Source of the DNA: Dehalococcoidia bacterium
Lineage (GTDB): Bacteria > Chloroflexota > Dehalococcoidia > UBA2979
Assembly: GCA_964291495.2 (NCBI GenBank)
Contig: OZ219871.1
Coordinates: 1,184,001-1,248,000, forward strand
Direction: 5' to 3'
Length of the DNA stretch: 64,000 nucleotides
The notes below the pieces were generated by a model. It did no database searches. It saw only the letters and a program-made list of their open reading frames with translations, and was not told where the DNA came from. Of the stretch, positions 46,399 through 56,481 are shown in pieces. A program made the translations under genes and the position numbers. How positions within the stretch are numbered: the stretch's first letter is position 1; each line of letters starts with the position of its first letter.

Positions 46399-47231
46399 AT
46401 GAGTGGACGGCTCGAAGGCAAGCGGGCGGTAATCACAGGCGCGGCGAACGGCCTCGGCCGCGCCTGCGCGGAGCGCTTCGCCGAGGAAGGCGCGTCGATC
46501 GTCGTCGCCGACCTGCTGGCGGACGGCGCGGAGGAGGTCACCGAGGCGATCCGCGCGGCCGGCGGCTCGGCCGTCGCCGTGCAGGTCGACACACGCCGCG
46601 ACGAAAGCAACGCCGCGCTGGCGAAGAGCGCCGTCGACGCCTTCGGCGGCATCGACATCGTGATCCCGGCCGCCGGGGTGGCGCACCCCGGCTACGTCAC
46701 CAACGACGTCGAGCACAACGCGCAGCACCTGGCGGCCTTCGCCGAGGATCCCCTGGCCCACAGCTTCATCTACCAGCCGCTGGAGATGTGGGACTACGTC
46801 ATGGACGTGAACCTGACCGGCGTGCTGCTCACGCTGCGCCACACGCTGCGACCGATGATCGAGGCCGGCGAGGGCGGCGCCGTCGTCACGATCGCCTCGA
46901 TCCTCGCGAAGCTGCCCGTGGCGCAACCTCGGCCGCCTACCAGGTGGCGAAGGCGGGTGTCTGGATGCTGACCAAGTCGATGGCGCCGGAGCTCGCGAAG
47001 CACGACATCCGCATCAACGCGATCGGGCCCGGCTACTTCGAGACCTCGATGACGGAGATGCTCCGCCAGGACGAGGCGACGGAGCAGGCGGTGCTGGGGA
47101 TGGTGCCGCTGGGCCGCATGGGCACGCCGCGCGAGCTGGCCAACACCGCGCTCTTCCTCGCCAGCGAGGAGTCCTCGTACTTCACGGGTCAGCTGCTGAT
47201 CCCGGACGGCGGCTGGTTCCCGACGGCGTAG
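46399..47231 (+). pseudogene. SDR gene split by a 1-nt frameshift near 46920 (pseudogene or assembly error)
   Basis: 'TGAANGLG...ASILAKLP' is in one frame; 'GATSAAYQVAK...INAIGPG...DGG' is in another. Confidence 0.8.
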
Positions 47232-47236
47232 CCCGG

Positions 47237-47698
47237 CTAGAGGAGCGCCGCGAGGCCGAGCGAGACCGCGCCGAGGATCAGCACGAGCGAGGCGGCGGCA
47301 GCCCAGAGCGAGAGCAGCCAGTACCACGGCGCGGCGATCATTCCGGCCCCGCGCTCGCGCAGCGCGAGGCGCAGCGTGCGCGCCATCAGCCGTCCGTCGT
47401 CCGACCACGGCTCGCCGCGCACCACGGCCTCGCCGAGCTGCTGCCGCAGCTCGTCGAGCATCGCGGCGGTGCGGTAGAGCGTGCGCGCGAGATGGACGAG
47501 CAGGAGGCCGGGCAGCAGCAGCGCGGCGGCGATGACCGCTGCGAGGGCGTACTCCACCGGCGCCGCAGGGCCCTCGCGACCCGCGATCAGCCACCAGACG
47601 AGCGCGCCCGCCACGAGCGAGGCGAACGCAAGGAGCTCGATGGCGCGCAGGCCGCGCCGCGCGAGCCTCACGGGATCGGCTACCCGCCAGCTATGCAT
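47237..47698 (-). CDS. Hypothetical membrane protein
   Basis: Three hydrophobic stretches; fills the gap between genes. Confidence 0.55.
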   Translation of the reverse strand: MHSWRVADPVRLARRGLRAIELLAFASLVAGALVWWLIAGREGPAAPVEYALAAVIAAALLLPGLLLVHLARTLYRTAAMLDELRQQLGEAVVRGEPWSDDGRLMARTLRLALRERGAGMIAAPWYWLLSLWAAAASLVLILGAVSLGLAALL

Positions 47699-47786
47699 CC
47701 GTCACCACCAGTGCGCCTCCCGGCGAGACGATCCGGACGCCCGCCGGACGCTAGACTGCGGCAATCACCCGGAGGGAGGCAACGCC

Positions 47787-48128
47787 GTGGGCACATACCG
47801 CCTGTACACCGGAAGCGACGGCGAGTCTCACGTCGAGACCATCGACCTGGCGGAGACCCCCGAGTGGACGGCTGGTCTGGACACCACGGCCATCCGCTTC
47901 CGGGAGGACTCCCCGGGGCGGTTCGTGGACTGGCACCCGGCGCCGCGCCGGCAGTTCGTCATCATCCTCTCCGGTCAGCTCGAGATCGGGCTGAGCGACG
48001 GGTCGACGCACGTGTTCGGCCCCGGCGACGCGCGGCTGGTCGAGGACACGACCGGCAAGGGCCACACCACAGCGGTGCACGGCGACGAGCCCTGCGTAAC
48101 GGCCACCATCCCCCTCGCCAACCAGTAG
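47787..48128 (+). CDS. Small cupin-fold protein (paralog 3 of 3)
   Basis: 'RLYTGSDGESHVE...HPAPRRQ...EDTTGKGH'; RBS GGAGG upstream. Confidence 0.78.
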   Translation: MGTYRLYTGSDGESHVETIDLAETPEWTAGLDTTAIRFREDSPGRFVDWHPAPRRQFVIILSGQLEIGLSDGSTHVFGPGDARLVEDTTGKGHTTAVHGDEPCVTATIPLANQ

Positions 48129-48287
48129 CACCCTCCCAATCCCCGGCGGGCCGGGCAGCGCGCGCGACTCCGCCTCGAATCTACCTAAATCGACGGCTCG
48201 ATTCGGCAGTTTCGAGGCCGCCCGGTTGTCGCTTCGCGGACGTTGGCGGAAGCTCGCGAGGGCGTCCAACCGGCGAGGGGACCAGGC

Positions 48288-49322
48288 ATGCGCTATCGCA
48301 CGATCGCGGGCACGGACATCTCGGTCTCTGAGCTCGGCTTCGGCGTCTGGACCGTCGCCGCTGGCTGGTGGGGCGACTACAGCGACGAGCAGGCCGTGAC
48401 GCTGCTGCGGCAGGGCCATGAGCGCGGCATCAACTTCTTCGACACCGCCGACACCTACGGCAACGGCCGTGGCGAAACCATCCTCGCCGAGGCCTTCCCC
48501 GGCGCCGAGCGCGACAAGATCGTGATCGCCACCAAGTTCGGGTACGACTGGGAGTCGCAGATCGGCAAGCGCCGCGAGGGCCACCAGGAGGCCCCGCACT
48601 GCTTCGAGCCGGACTTCCTGCAGCGCGCGCTGGACGGCTCGCTGCGCCGTCTCGGCACCGACCGCATCGACCTCTGGCAGCTGCACAACGTGCGCATGGA
48701 GCACCTCGAGCGCGACGACGTCTGGAGCTTCCTCGACCGCGTGCGCCGCGAGGGCAAGGTGCGCAGCGTCGGCGCCGCGCTCGGCCCGGCGATCGGCTGG
48801 CGCGAGGAGGGGCTGTACGCCCTCGCCGAGCGGCAGGTCGAGGTCGTGCACATGATCTACAACGCGCTCGAACTGGACCCCGGCCGCGAGCTGATCGCGG
48901 CGGCGCGCGCGGCCGGACGCTCGCTGATGGTGCGGGTGCCGCACTCCTCGGGGATGCTCGAGGGCAAGTACACCGTGGACACGGTCTTCGACGAGAACGA
49001 CCACCGCCGCCACCGCCCGCGCGCCTGGCTGATCAACGGCCTCAAGAAGATCGAGCAGCTCGACTTCCTCACCGAGACGACGGGCGGCGTGCTCGGGCAG
49101 GCGGCCCTGCGCTACATCCTCAAGGACCCGGAGATCGTCTGCACGCTGCCCAACATCTACGGCCTCGAGCAGATCGAGGAGTTCGCGGGCGCCTCGGACT
49201 GCGGCGACGTGACTCCCGAGGTCGCCGCGCGCATCGAGGCGCTGTACGACTCCAACTACGGCCTGCCGGTCGAGCAAGAGGCCGCCGTGACGGCGGCGGC
49301 CGGAGGACGGGAATCGCGATGA
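48288..49322 (+). CDS. Aldo/keto reductase
   Basis: 'SELGFGVW', 'FDTADTYG', 'IATKFG' and 'IDLWQLHN'. Confidence 0.92.
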   Translation: MRYRTIAGTDISVSELGFGVWTVAAGWWGDYSDEQAVTLLRQGHERGINFFDTADTYGNGRGETILAEAFPGAERDKIVIATKFGYDWESQIGKRREGHQEAPHCFEPDFLQRALDGSLRRLGTDRIDLWQLHNVRMEHLERDDVWSFLDRVRREGKVRSVGAALGPAIGWREEGLYALAERQVEVVHMIYNALELDPGRELIAAARAAGRSLMVRVPHSSGMLEGKYTVDTVFDENDHRRHRPRAWLINGLKKIEQLDFLTETTGGVLGQAALRYILKDPEIVCTLPNIYGLEQIEEFAGASDCGDVTPEVAARIEALYDSNYGLPVEQEAAVTAAAGGRESR

Positions 49323-50122
49323 CGACGACCGAGGCCCACAGCGGCTCGCACCCGGCGTCCGGCTACCACTCACGGCCGGAGGCGGCGAGCGACGGCGCAC
49401 CGCGCAGCCCGCGCGGGGTGCAGTCGGTGAAGTTCAGCTTCTACCGCGTGCGCGACGAGGTGCGCGCGCTCCCCGCGGCCGAGCGCGAGGCGATCGCCGA
49501 GGGCCTGGAGGAGCTGCTGGAGCGCTCGGCGACCTCGATGCTGACGCGGCTCTACTCGACGGTGGGGATGCGCGCGGACACGGACTTCCTCGTCTGGCAG
49601 GTCCACGACGACCTCGCGCCGATCCAGGACTGGCACGCGCTGCTGCTCGGGTCCGCGGCGGGCGCGGCGCTGGAGCGCCCGCACTCCCTCCTCTCGATGA
49701 CAATGCGCTCGATCTACACCAACCCGCTGCACGAGGGCTCGGGCGCGCGGGACCGGCTGCGCGAGGACGGCGGCGTGAAGGACTACCTCTTCGTCTACCC
49801 GATGGTGAAGACCCGCGCCTGGTACACGCTACCCCGCGACGAGCGGCAGCGGATCATGAACGAGCACATCGCGATCGGCCACCGTTATCACGACATCCAG
49901 ATCAACACGACCTATTCCTACGGCCTCGACGACCAGGAGTTCGTCGTCGCCTTCGAGGGCGACGACCCCGGCGAGTTCCTGGCGCTGGTGCGCGAGCTGC
50001 GCGATTCGGAGTCGTCCTCCTACACGGAGCGCGACACGCCGATGTTCACCTGCCGCCGCATCGACACGCCTCGCGAGCTGACGGCGCACGTCGGCCTGCG
50101 CGCTTCCGGGGGCGCCTCGTGA
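49319..50122 (+). CDS. chdC: Chlorite-dismutase-family heme protein, coproheme decarboxylase (ChdC/HemQ)-like
   Basis: 'FVYPMVK..AWY.L...R..IMNEH...G' and 'YSYGLDDQEFVVAFE'; the distal Arg of true Cld is absent. Confidence 0.8.
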   Translation: MTTTEAHSGSHPASGYHSRPEAASDGAPRSPRGVQSVKFSFYRVRDEVRALPAAEREAIAEGLEELLERSATSMLTRLYSTVGMRADTDFLVWQVHDDLAPIQDWHALLLGSAAGAALERPHSLLSMTMRSIYTNPLHEGSGARDRLREDGGVKDYLFVYPMVKTRAWYTLPRDERQRIMNEHIAIGHRYHDIQINTTYSYGLDDQEFVVAFEGDDPGEFLALVRELRDSESSSYTERDTPMFTCRRIDTPRELTAHVGLRASGGAS

Positions 50123-50421
50123 GCGTGCGGCTCGCAGCGCTGTTCACCGCCGCGCCCGGCGGCGAGCAGCGGCTGCGCGAGGTGCTGGTAGCAGACGCGC
50201 GCTCGACGCAGGACGACGCCGGCGCGGAGCGCTTCGAGCTGTTCGTGAGCGCCGAGAACGACCGCCGCCTGGTGCTGATCGAGCAGTGGCGGACGCAGGA
50301 GGATCTGGACGCGCACAAGACGCACGACCACCGCAACGAGACCCACGCCGCCCTGCACGGCGAAGACATCCTCGAGGATCTCGAAATCTGGATCTGCGAG
50401 CCGAGGGACGGCCCTGCATGA
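50119..50421 (+). CDS. ABM-domain protein (putative quinol monooxygenase) 1
   Basis: 'FELF...LIEQW.TQEDLDAH'; GTGA overlap. Confidence 0.8.
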   Translation: MSVRLAALFTAAPGGEQRLREVLVADARSTQDDAGAERFELFVSAENDRRLVLIEQWRTQEDLDAHKTHDHRNETHAALHGEDILEDLEIWICEPRDGPA

Positions 50422-50714
50422 GCATCAAGCTGACCGTGTCGATCACCGCCAACCCGGAGGGCCGCGACCGGCTGCTTGAGATCCTCCGCGAGGACGTCGC
50501 CGGCAGCCGCGAGGAGCCGGGCAACACCCGCTTCGACCTCTACGTGCAGGACGACGACCCGAACCGCTTCGCGCTGATCGAGGAGTGGCCCAACCAGGAG
50601 GCGTTCAACCATCACATCCAGCAGGACTACCTGCTGAAGCTGCGCGAGGCCTTCGCGGACCCCGCGCTCTGCGCCGGGCGCGATGTCTGGCGGCTGGTGG
50701 AGGACGACGAGTGA
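50418..50714 (+). CDS. ABM-domain protein 2
   Basis: 'SREEPGNTRFDL...FALIEEW...AFNHH'; ATGA overlap. Confidence 0.85.
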   Translation: MSIKLTVSITANPEGRDRLLEILREDVAGSREEPGNTRFDLYVQDDDPNRFALIEEWPNQEAFNHHIQQDYLLKLREAFADPALCAGRDVWRLVEDDE

Positions 50715-51022
50715 GCCTGCGCGCAACGGTCTTCCTCAACACGAACCCGGACGGGGTGGAGGGGGTGCTGGCCCTGCTGCGCGCCTACGCCGAGGCGGGC
50801 CCGAACGAGCCGGGGAACCTCCTCTTGCGGGTCGGCCAGGACATCCTCGATCCCTCGCGGTTCGTGATGTGCGAGGAGTGGGAGACACAGGAGGCGCTGG
50901 ACGCGCACATGGCGCACGACCACACCCGCGCGGTCCTCGCGGCGTTCGGCAACCCGGAGCTGATCACGGGGACCGAGATCTGGCAGAGCTTCGAGGTGGA
51001 ACCCTCCGGAGAGGCGGCATGA
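50711..51022 (+). CDS. ABM-domain protein 3
   Basis: 'NEPGN...DPSRFVMCEEWETQEALDAH'; GTGA overlap. Confidence 0.85.
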   Translation: MSLRATVFLNTNPDGVEGVLALLRAYAEAGPNEPGNLLLRVGQDILDPSRFVMCEEWETQEALDAHMAHDHTRAVLAAFGNPELITGTEIWQSFEVEPSGEAA

Positions 51023-51312
51023 CGGGTCGCGTGACGGTCTTCTTCGAGGCGAACCCGGAGGGGCGGGCGCGGCTGCTCGAGCTGCTGCGCGCGGACGCCG
51101 AGGGCTCGCCCGCCGAGCCGGGCAACGTCTGCTTCCGGGTGAGCCAGGACATCCTCGACCCCGACCGCTTCGTGATCTGCGAGGACTGGGAGAGCCGCGA
51201 GGCGCTCCACGAGCACTTCGAGCAGGACTACGCGAAGGCGGCGAAGGCCGCGTTCACGGATCCTCAGCTGATCACCGGCTTCGACACCTGGTTCGCCGGG
51301 GAGGGCGCATGA
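51019..51312 (+). CDS. ABM-domain protein 4
   Basis: 'AEPGNVCF...DPDRFVICEDWESREALHEH'; ATGA overlap. Confidence 0.85.
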   Translation: MTGRVTVFFEANPEGRARLLELLRADAEGSPAEPGNVCFRVSQDILDPDRFVICEDWESREALHEHFEQDYAKAAKAAFTDPQLITGFDTWFAGEGA

Positions 51313-52445
51313 CCACCGAGGCGGCCGTCCCGGCCACAGTCGACGACCCGACCAACGCCGCCATCCTCGCGGTCTCCGAGGACCGCGTGGCCGGCTTCCA
51401 GCGCGACCCGCTGGGCCGCATCGCCGAGCGCTCCGGCGTGGCGCTGCCGGTCGTCGTCGAGCGCATCCGCGCGATGCTCGACGCGGGGACGATCCGCCGG
51501 GTGCGCCAGACGCTGCTCGCGAACAAGCTGGCGCCCGGCGCGCTCGTCGCCTGGCGGCTACCCGAGGATCGCCTGCACGCGGGCTTCGACTACCTCTTCC
51601 AGCAGGACCCCTTCTCCGGCCACGTCGTGATCCGCAGCGCCGACCCGGCCACGCCGGGGGCCAGCTACCGCCTCTGGACCACGCTCAAGACGCCCGTCGG
51701 CTTCTCGCTGGAGCGGCACTGCGAGCTGCTCTCCGAGCGCATCGGCGCGGAGGCGTTCCGGCTGATGCCGGCAAAGCGTCTCTTCACCCTCGGCGTCGGG
51801 CACGTGCGGCGGCGCGGCCTCGAGCCGGGCGCGCGCAGCGATGAGCCCGCGAGGGTGATCGACACGGAGATCGTGGACCTCGACGAGCAGGACTGGCGCG
51901 TACTGATGGCGCTCAAGCGCGAGTTCGCGCCCGAGGAGATCGGGCCTGACCTGTGGGCGGGCCGCGCTGCTGAAGCCGAACTCACCCTCGAAGCGTTCTT
52001 CGAGGCCGCCGAGGAGCTCGACCGGCGCGGGGTCGTCGGGCGCTTCTCGACGTTCCTCGAGCACGTCAAGCAAGTCGCCGGGGCGGCGCCGGTGACGCGC
52101 TACAACGCGCTGTTCCACTGGGCCGTGCCGCAGGGGCGCGAGCTCGACGCGGGGCGCGAGGTCGGCCGCCACCACGTGATGACGCACGCCTACTGGCGCG
52201 AGGGCGGCCCGGAGTTCCGCAACGTCAACGTGATGGGCGTGGCCCACGGCACCGACAAGGACCTGCTGCTCGCCCACAAGGCGGCGATCGACGAGCACCT
52301 CGCGGAGGCCGGCATCGCGGTGGGCTACACGAGCGTCTTCTGGGGCGGGCGCAGCGAGATCAAGCCCTCGGAGATCGCGCCCGACGCCTACGTCGCGTGG
52401 GCGCGCGAGCAGGGCGTGGACCCGGACGCGCTGCGCGAGGCGTAA
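51309..52445 (+). CDS. Duplicated Lrp/AsnC-like protein resembling a fused siroheme decarboxylase (AhbAB/NirDL)
   Basis: Two wHTH+barrel repeats ('IAERSGV...GTIRRV...LVAW...GHVVIR' and 'GVVGRF...NALFHW.V...THAYWR...MGVAHG'). Confidence 0.65.
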   Translation: MTTEAAVPATVDDPTNAAILAVSEDRVAGFQRDPLGRIAERSGVALPVVVERIRAMLDAGTIRRVRQTLLANKLAPGALVAWRLPEDRLHAGFDYLFQQDPFSGHVVIRSADPATPGASYRLWTTLKTPVGFSLERHCELLSERIGAEAFRLMPAKRLFTLGVGHVRRRGLEPGARSDEPARVIDTEIVDLDEQDWRVLMALKREFAPEEIGPDLWAGRAAEAELTLEAFFEAAEELDRRGVVGRFSTFLEHVKQVAGAAPVTRYNALFHWAVPQGRELDAGREVGRHHVMTHAYWREGGPEFRNVNVMGVAHGTDKDLLLAHKAAIDEHLAEAGIAVGYTSVFWGGRSEIKPSEIAPDAYVAWAREQGVDPDALREA

Positions 52446-52481
52446 CTCCCCACCAACACCCGGACGTCTCCCCTCCCGACC

Positions 52482-52499
52482 CTTAATCGCGGGTTAACC
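52482..52499 (+). promoter_or_regulatory. Pho-box-like 11-bp-period direct repeat upstream of pstS
   Basis: cTTAAtc-gcgg-gTTAAcc; TTAA at 52483 and 52494 in otherwise GC-rich DNA. Confidence 0.55.
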
Positions 52500-52552
52500 G
52501 CGCCCGCCGAGCATGCGCGTCGGACGGGGACATACCGAGGAGGTCACAGCGA

Positions 52553-53533
52553 GTGTTCACTATCCGATCGAGGAGACTGCTCCCGCTGATCACGCTCGCC
52601 GTCGCGGCGACGCTGCTGATCGTGGCGTGCGGCGGCGATGACGGCGGCAGCGAGACCACGGCCGGCGACGAGAAGCTGTCCGGCAGCGTGGCCATCGACG
52701 GCTCGAGCACCGTCTTCCCGGTCACCGAGGCGGTCGCGGAGGAGTTCCGCTCCGTCGCGCCCGACGTGCGCGTCACCGTCGGCGTCTCCGGCACCGGCGG
52801 CGGCTTCGAGAAGTTCTGCAGCGGCGAAACCGACATCTCCGATGCCTCCCGCCCGATCAAGCCCAGCGAGGAGGAGCACTGCGCCGAGAACGGCATCGAG
52901 TACCTGCCGCTCCGCGTCGGCCTCGACGGCCTCGCCGTCGTCGCCCACCCCGACGCCGACTTCCTCGAGTGCATCACGATGGACGAGCTGGCGATCCTCT
53001 GGGGCCCCGAGTCCGAAGGCTCCATCACGAGCTGGAACCAGGTCCGCTCGAGTTGGCCGGACGAGGAGATCAAGCTCTTCGGCCCCGACACCGACTCCGG
53101 GACGTTCGACTTCTTCACCGAGGAAGTGAACGGCGAGGGCGGCGCCTCCCGCGCCGACTACACCAACTCCACCGACGACAACGTGCTCGTCACCGGCATC
53201 TCCGGCTCGAAGGGCGGCTCCGGCTACTTCGGCTACGCCTACTACGCCGAGAACCAGGCCCGCCTGCGCGTCGCCGCCGTCGACGGCGGCTCCGGCTGCG
53301 TCATCCCCTCCGACGCCACCGTGGCGGACGGCTCCTACGCCCTCGCACGGCCGCTCTACATCTACGTCTCGCTGGCGTCGCTGGCGGAGAAGCCGCAGGT
53401 CCGCGAGTTCGTGCGCTACTTCCTCAGCGACGCTGCGATTGCGCTCGTGCCCGACGTGGGGTACACCGCAATCAGTGCCGACGAGCTCGCCGAGTCCCGC
53501 GCCAGCCTCGAGGCCGCCATCCCGGGCGGCTAG
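52553..53533 (+). CDS. pstS: Phosphate ABC transporter substrate-binding lipoprotein
   Basis: Lipobox LIVAC; 'IDGSSTVFP', 'SGTGGGF', 'DASRPIK' and 'SGTFDFF'. Confidence 0.95.
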   Translation: MFTIRSRRLLPLITLAVAATLLIVACGGDDGGSETTAGDEKLSGSVAIDGSSTVFPVTEAVAEEFRSVAPDVRVTVGVSGTGGGFEKFCSGETDISDASRPIKPSEEEHCAENGIEYLPLRVGLDGLAVVAHPDADFLECITMDELAILWGPESEGSITSWNQVRSSWPDEEIKLFGPDTDSGTFDFFTEEVNGEGGASRADYTNSTDDNVLVTGISGSKGGSGYFGYAYYAENQARLRVAAVDGGSGCVIPSDATVADGSYALARPLYIYVSLASLAEKPQVREFVRYFLSDAAIALVPDVGYTAISADELAESRASLEAAIPGG

Positions 53534-53562
53534 CCACGAGGAGAGAGCAGGGTGAGCGACTG

Positions 53563-54504
53563 ATGGCTGCCGGAACGGCAGCAGCAGGCGAGCCCGCGGC
53601 GGCGCAGTTCCAGCGCCGCCGCGGCCGCGAGCTGTTCGAGAAGGCGATCGGCTACGCGCTGTTCCTCTGCGCGGCGATCACGGTGCTCACCACGGTGGGC
53701 ATCGTGATCATCCTCGTCGTGGAAGGGCTGCAGTTCTTCCGGGACGTCTCGCCCTGGGAGTTCTTCACGGGCACGAAGTGGACGCCGTTGTTCACCAACC
53801 AGGCGTTCGGCGTGCTGCCGCTGATCGGCGGCACGCTGCTGGTCGCGCTCGGCGCGGCGTTGATCTCCGTGCCGGTGGGAAGCGCGAGCGCGATCTACCT
53901 GTCCGAGTTCGCGAGCCCCGCCACGCGCGCGGTACTGAAGCCGATCCTCGAGATCCTGGCGGGCGTGCCGACGGTGGTCTACGGCTACTTTGCCCTCACG
54001 GCGGTGACGCCGCTGCTGCGCGCCACGCTCTTCCCGGAGACCGAGATCTTCAACGCGCTCTCGGCGATGGTCGTGGTCGGGATCATGACCATCCCGATGG
54101 TCTCCTCGCTCTCCGACGACGCGCTGCACGCCGTACCGGCCGACCTGCGCGAGGCCGCCTACGGCGTGGGCGCGACGAAGTTCGAGGTGGTCACGCGCGT
54201 TGTCTACCCGGCGGCGCTGAGCGGGATCATCGCCTCCTACATACTCGCCGCCTCGCGAGCGGTCGGGGAGACGATGGCGGTCACGATCGCGGCGGGGGCG
54301 TCGCCGAACCTGACGTGGAACCCGCTGGAGTCGATCCAGACGATGACCGCCTACATCGTGCAGGTCTCGCTTGGTGATACGCCGCACGGGACGATCGAGT
54401 TCCGCACCATCTTCGTCGTCGCGCTGACGCTGTTCGTGATGACGCTGGTCATGAACATCATCGCCGCGCGGGTCACGGCCCGGTTCCGGGAGGTCTACGA
54501 CTGA
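53563..54504 (+). CDS. pstC: Phosphate ABC transporter permease
   Basis: '[12 protein letters not shown]' and '[10 protein letters not shown]'. Confidence 0.95.
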   Translation: MAAGTAAAGEPAAAQFQRRRGRELFEKAIGYALFLCAAITVLTTVGIVIILVVEGLQFFRDVSPWEFFTGTKWTPLFTNQAFGVLPLIGGTLLVALGAALISVPVGSASAIYLSEFASPATRAVLKPILEILAGVPTVVYGYFALTAVTPLLRATLFPETEIFNALSAMVVVGIMTIPMVSSLSDDALHAVPADLREAAYGVGATKFEVVTRVVYPAALSGIIASYILAASRAVGETMAVTIAAGASPNLTWNPLESIQTMTAYIVQVSLGDTPHGTIEFRTIFVVALTLFVMTLVMNIIAARVTARFREVYD

Positions 54505-55433
54505 TGGCCGCCACGGACCTGCAGGCCGGGAGCGACCAGCGCCTGTACCTCCCCAGGCTGTCCCTCCGCAACAAGCTGGGCGCGGGCTTCTTCGCGATCT
54601 GCCTCGCAGGCACGCTTGTCGGCGTCGTCTTCCTCGTCTTCCTGCTGGTGGACGTCTGGCGGGACGGCGCGGGCTTCCTGCGCTGGGAGTTCCTCCAGAA
54701 CTTCCCCTCGCGCTTCGCGGAGCGCGCCGGCTTCCAGTCGGCGCTGTGGGGCAGCCTCTGGCTGATCGCGACGACGGCGACCCTCGCCTTCCCGATCGGC
54801 GTCGGCGCGGCGATCTACCTCGAGGAGTACGCGCCGCGGAACTTCGTGACGAAGGCGATCCAGACCAACATCTCGAACCTCGCCGGCGTGCCCTCGATCG
54901 TCTTCGGCATCCTCGGCCTGCAGCTCTTCGTGCGCGGCACGATCGGCATTGGGCCGAGCATCGCGGGCGGCTTCGGGCGCTCGATCATCGCCGGCGGCGC
55001 AACGATGGCGCTGCTGATCCTGCCGATCGTGATCGTCGCGGCGCAGGAGTCGATCCGGGCCGTGCCGCCCTCGCTGCGCGAGGCCTCGTACGGGGTGGGC
55101 GCGACGCGCTGGCAGACGGTCTGGCACCACGTGCTGCCGCAGGCGTTCCCGGGGATCATGACGGGGACGATCCTGGCGCTGTCGAGGGCGATCGGCGAGA
55201 CGGCGCCGCTGATCATGATCGGCGCGCTGACCTTCGTGGCGTTCCGGCCGGAGAGTCTGCTGGACCCGTTCACGGTGATGCCGATCCAGATCTACAACTG
55301 GGTGGCGCGGCCGCAGCCGGAGTTCCAGGACCTCGCGGCCACGGGCATCATCGTACTGCTGGTGATGCTACTCTCGATGAACGCGATAGCCGTGCTGCTG
55401 CGGCAGTGGACCGGACGGCGCTACGGACGCTAG
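54504..55433 (+). CDS. pstA: Phosphate ABC transporter permease
   Basis: '[14 protein letters not shown]' and '[10 protein letters not shown]'. Confidence 0.95.
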   Translation: MAATDLQAGSDQRLYLPRLSLRNKLGAGFFAICLAGTLVGVVFLVFLLVDVWRDGAGFLRWEFLQNFPSRFAERAGFQSALWGSLWLIATTATLAFPIGVGAAIYLEEYAPRNFVTKAIQTNISNLAGVPSIVFGILGLQLFVRGTIGIGPSIAGGFGRSIIAGGATMALLILPIVIVAAQESIRAVPPSLREASYGVGATRWQTVWHHVLPQAFPGIMTGTILALSRAIGETAPLIMIGALTFVAFRPESLLDPFTVMPIQIYNWVARPQPEFQDLAATGIIVLLVMLLSMNAIAVLLRQWTGRRYGR

Positions 55434-55490
55434 GACGTACGCGGGCGCCGGTTCCCCTCGCGGGTTCCGGCGGGAGTGAGGAGCCCACGA

Positions 55491-56372
55491 ATGGTGGGGA
55501 ACGTGACCGACGAGGCGGAGCGAACGGCAGCCTCCGCGGCGGCCCGCGCAGCCGGCGTGAGCGTGCAGGCCGGCGTGCGCGCGACGGAGCCGGAGCCGGC
55601 GGAGGAGACCGGCGTCGCCGTCGAGGTTCGCAACGTCAGCCTCTGGTACGGCCAGAAGCAGGCGATCGGTAACGTCACGTTCGATGTGCCGCAGAACCGC
55701 GTGACGGCGCTGATCGGGCCCTCCGGCTGCGGCAAGAGCACGCTGCTGCGCTGCATGAACCGCATGAACGACCTGATCGACGGCGTGCGCTTCGAGGGCG
55801 AGGTGATGATCGACGGCGCGAACATCTACGCGCCCAACACGGAGCCCTCCCAGGTCCGCCGGCACGTGGGCATGGTCTTCCAGAAGCCCAACCCGTTCCC
55901 CAAGTCGATCTACGACAACGTCGCCTTCGGGGCGAGGATCAACGGCTACACCGGCAACATGGACGACCTCGTCGAGGAGTCGCTGACCAAGGCGGCGCTC
56001 TGGGACGAGGTCAAGGGCGAGCTCAAGAAGTCCGGGCTGGCGCTCTCCGGCGGGCAGCAGCAGCGGCTCTGCATCGCCCGCGCGATCGCGGTGAACCCGG
56101 AGATCGTGCTGATGGACGAGCCCTGTTCCGCCCTCGACCCGATCGCGACGCAGCGGATCGAGGACCTGATGCTCGAGCTGGCGAACGACTACACAATCGT
56201 TGTAGTCACGCATAACATGCAGCAGGCTGCGCGCGTCTCGCACAAGACGGCGTTCATGCTCGCCGAGGACGACCTGGTCGGACGGCTGGTCGAGTTCTCC
56301 GATACGGACGAGATCTTCCTCAACCCGCAGGACAGCCGCACAGAGGAATACATCACCGGCCGCTTCGGCTAA
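55491..56372 (+). CDS. pstB: Phosphate ABC transporter ATPase
   Basis: GPSGCGKST, 'FQKPNPFP', [13 protein letters not shown] and 'YITGRFG'; RBS GAGGAG before ATG 55491. Confidence 0.96.
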   Translation: MVGNVTDEAERTAASAAARAAGVSVQAGVRATEPEPAEETGVAVEVRNVSLWYGQKQAIGNVTFDVPQNRVTALIGPSGCGKSTLLRCMNRMNDLIDGVRFEGEVMIDGANIYAPNTEPSQVRRHVGMVFQKPNPFPKSIYDNVAFGARINGYTGNMDDLVEESLTKAALWDEVKGELKKSGLALSGGQQQRLCIARAIAVNPEIVLMDEPCSALDPIATQRIEDLMLELANDYTIVVVTHNMQQAARVSHKTAFMLAEDDLVGRLVEFSDTDEIFLNPQDSRTEEYITGRFG

Positions 56373-56481
56373 TCCCCGACGCAGCCCCCGAGGCAACCCC
56401 CGGCTGCAGCGACGCGGACGCGCAGCATCGGGAACCTCAGGCGGAAGGGTCCGACACCGCCAGATCGGAGCACCAGCGGAG

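Noticed and set aside
25380-46935. Programmed ribosomal frameshifting in the two split genes
   Set aside because: No slippery sequence or stimulatory structure is evident, and these enzyme families are not known for recoding. Indel error or pseudogenisation is simpler.
49319-50122. True chlorite dismutase
   Set aside because: The catalytic distal Arg position is Ile, and the YPMxK motif of coproheme decarboxylases is present.
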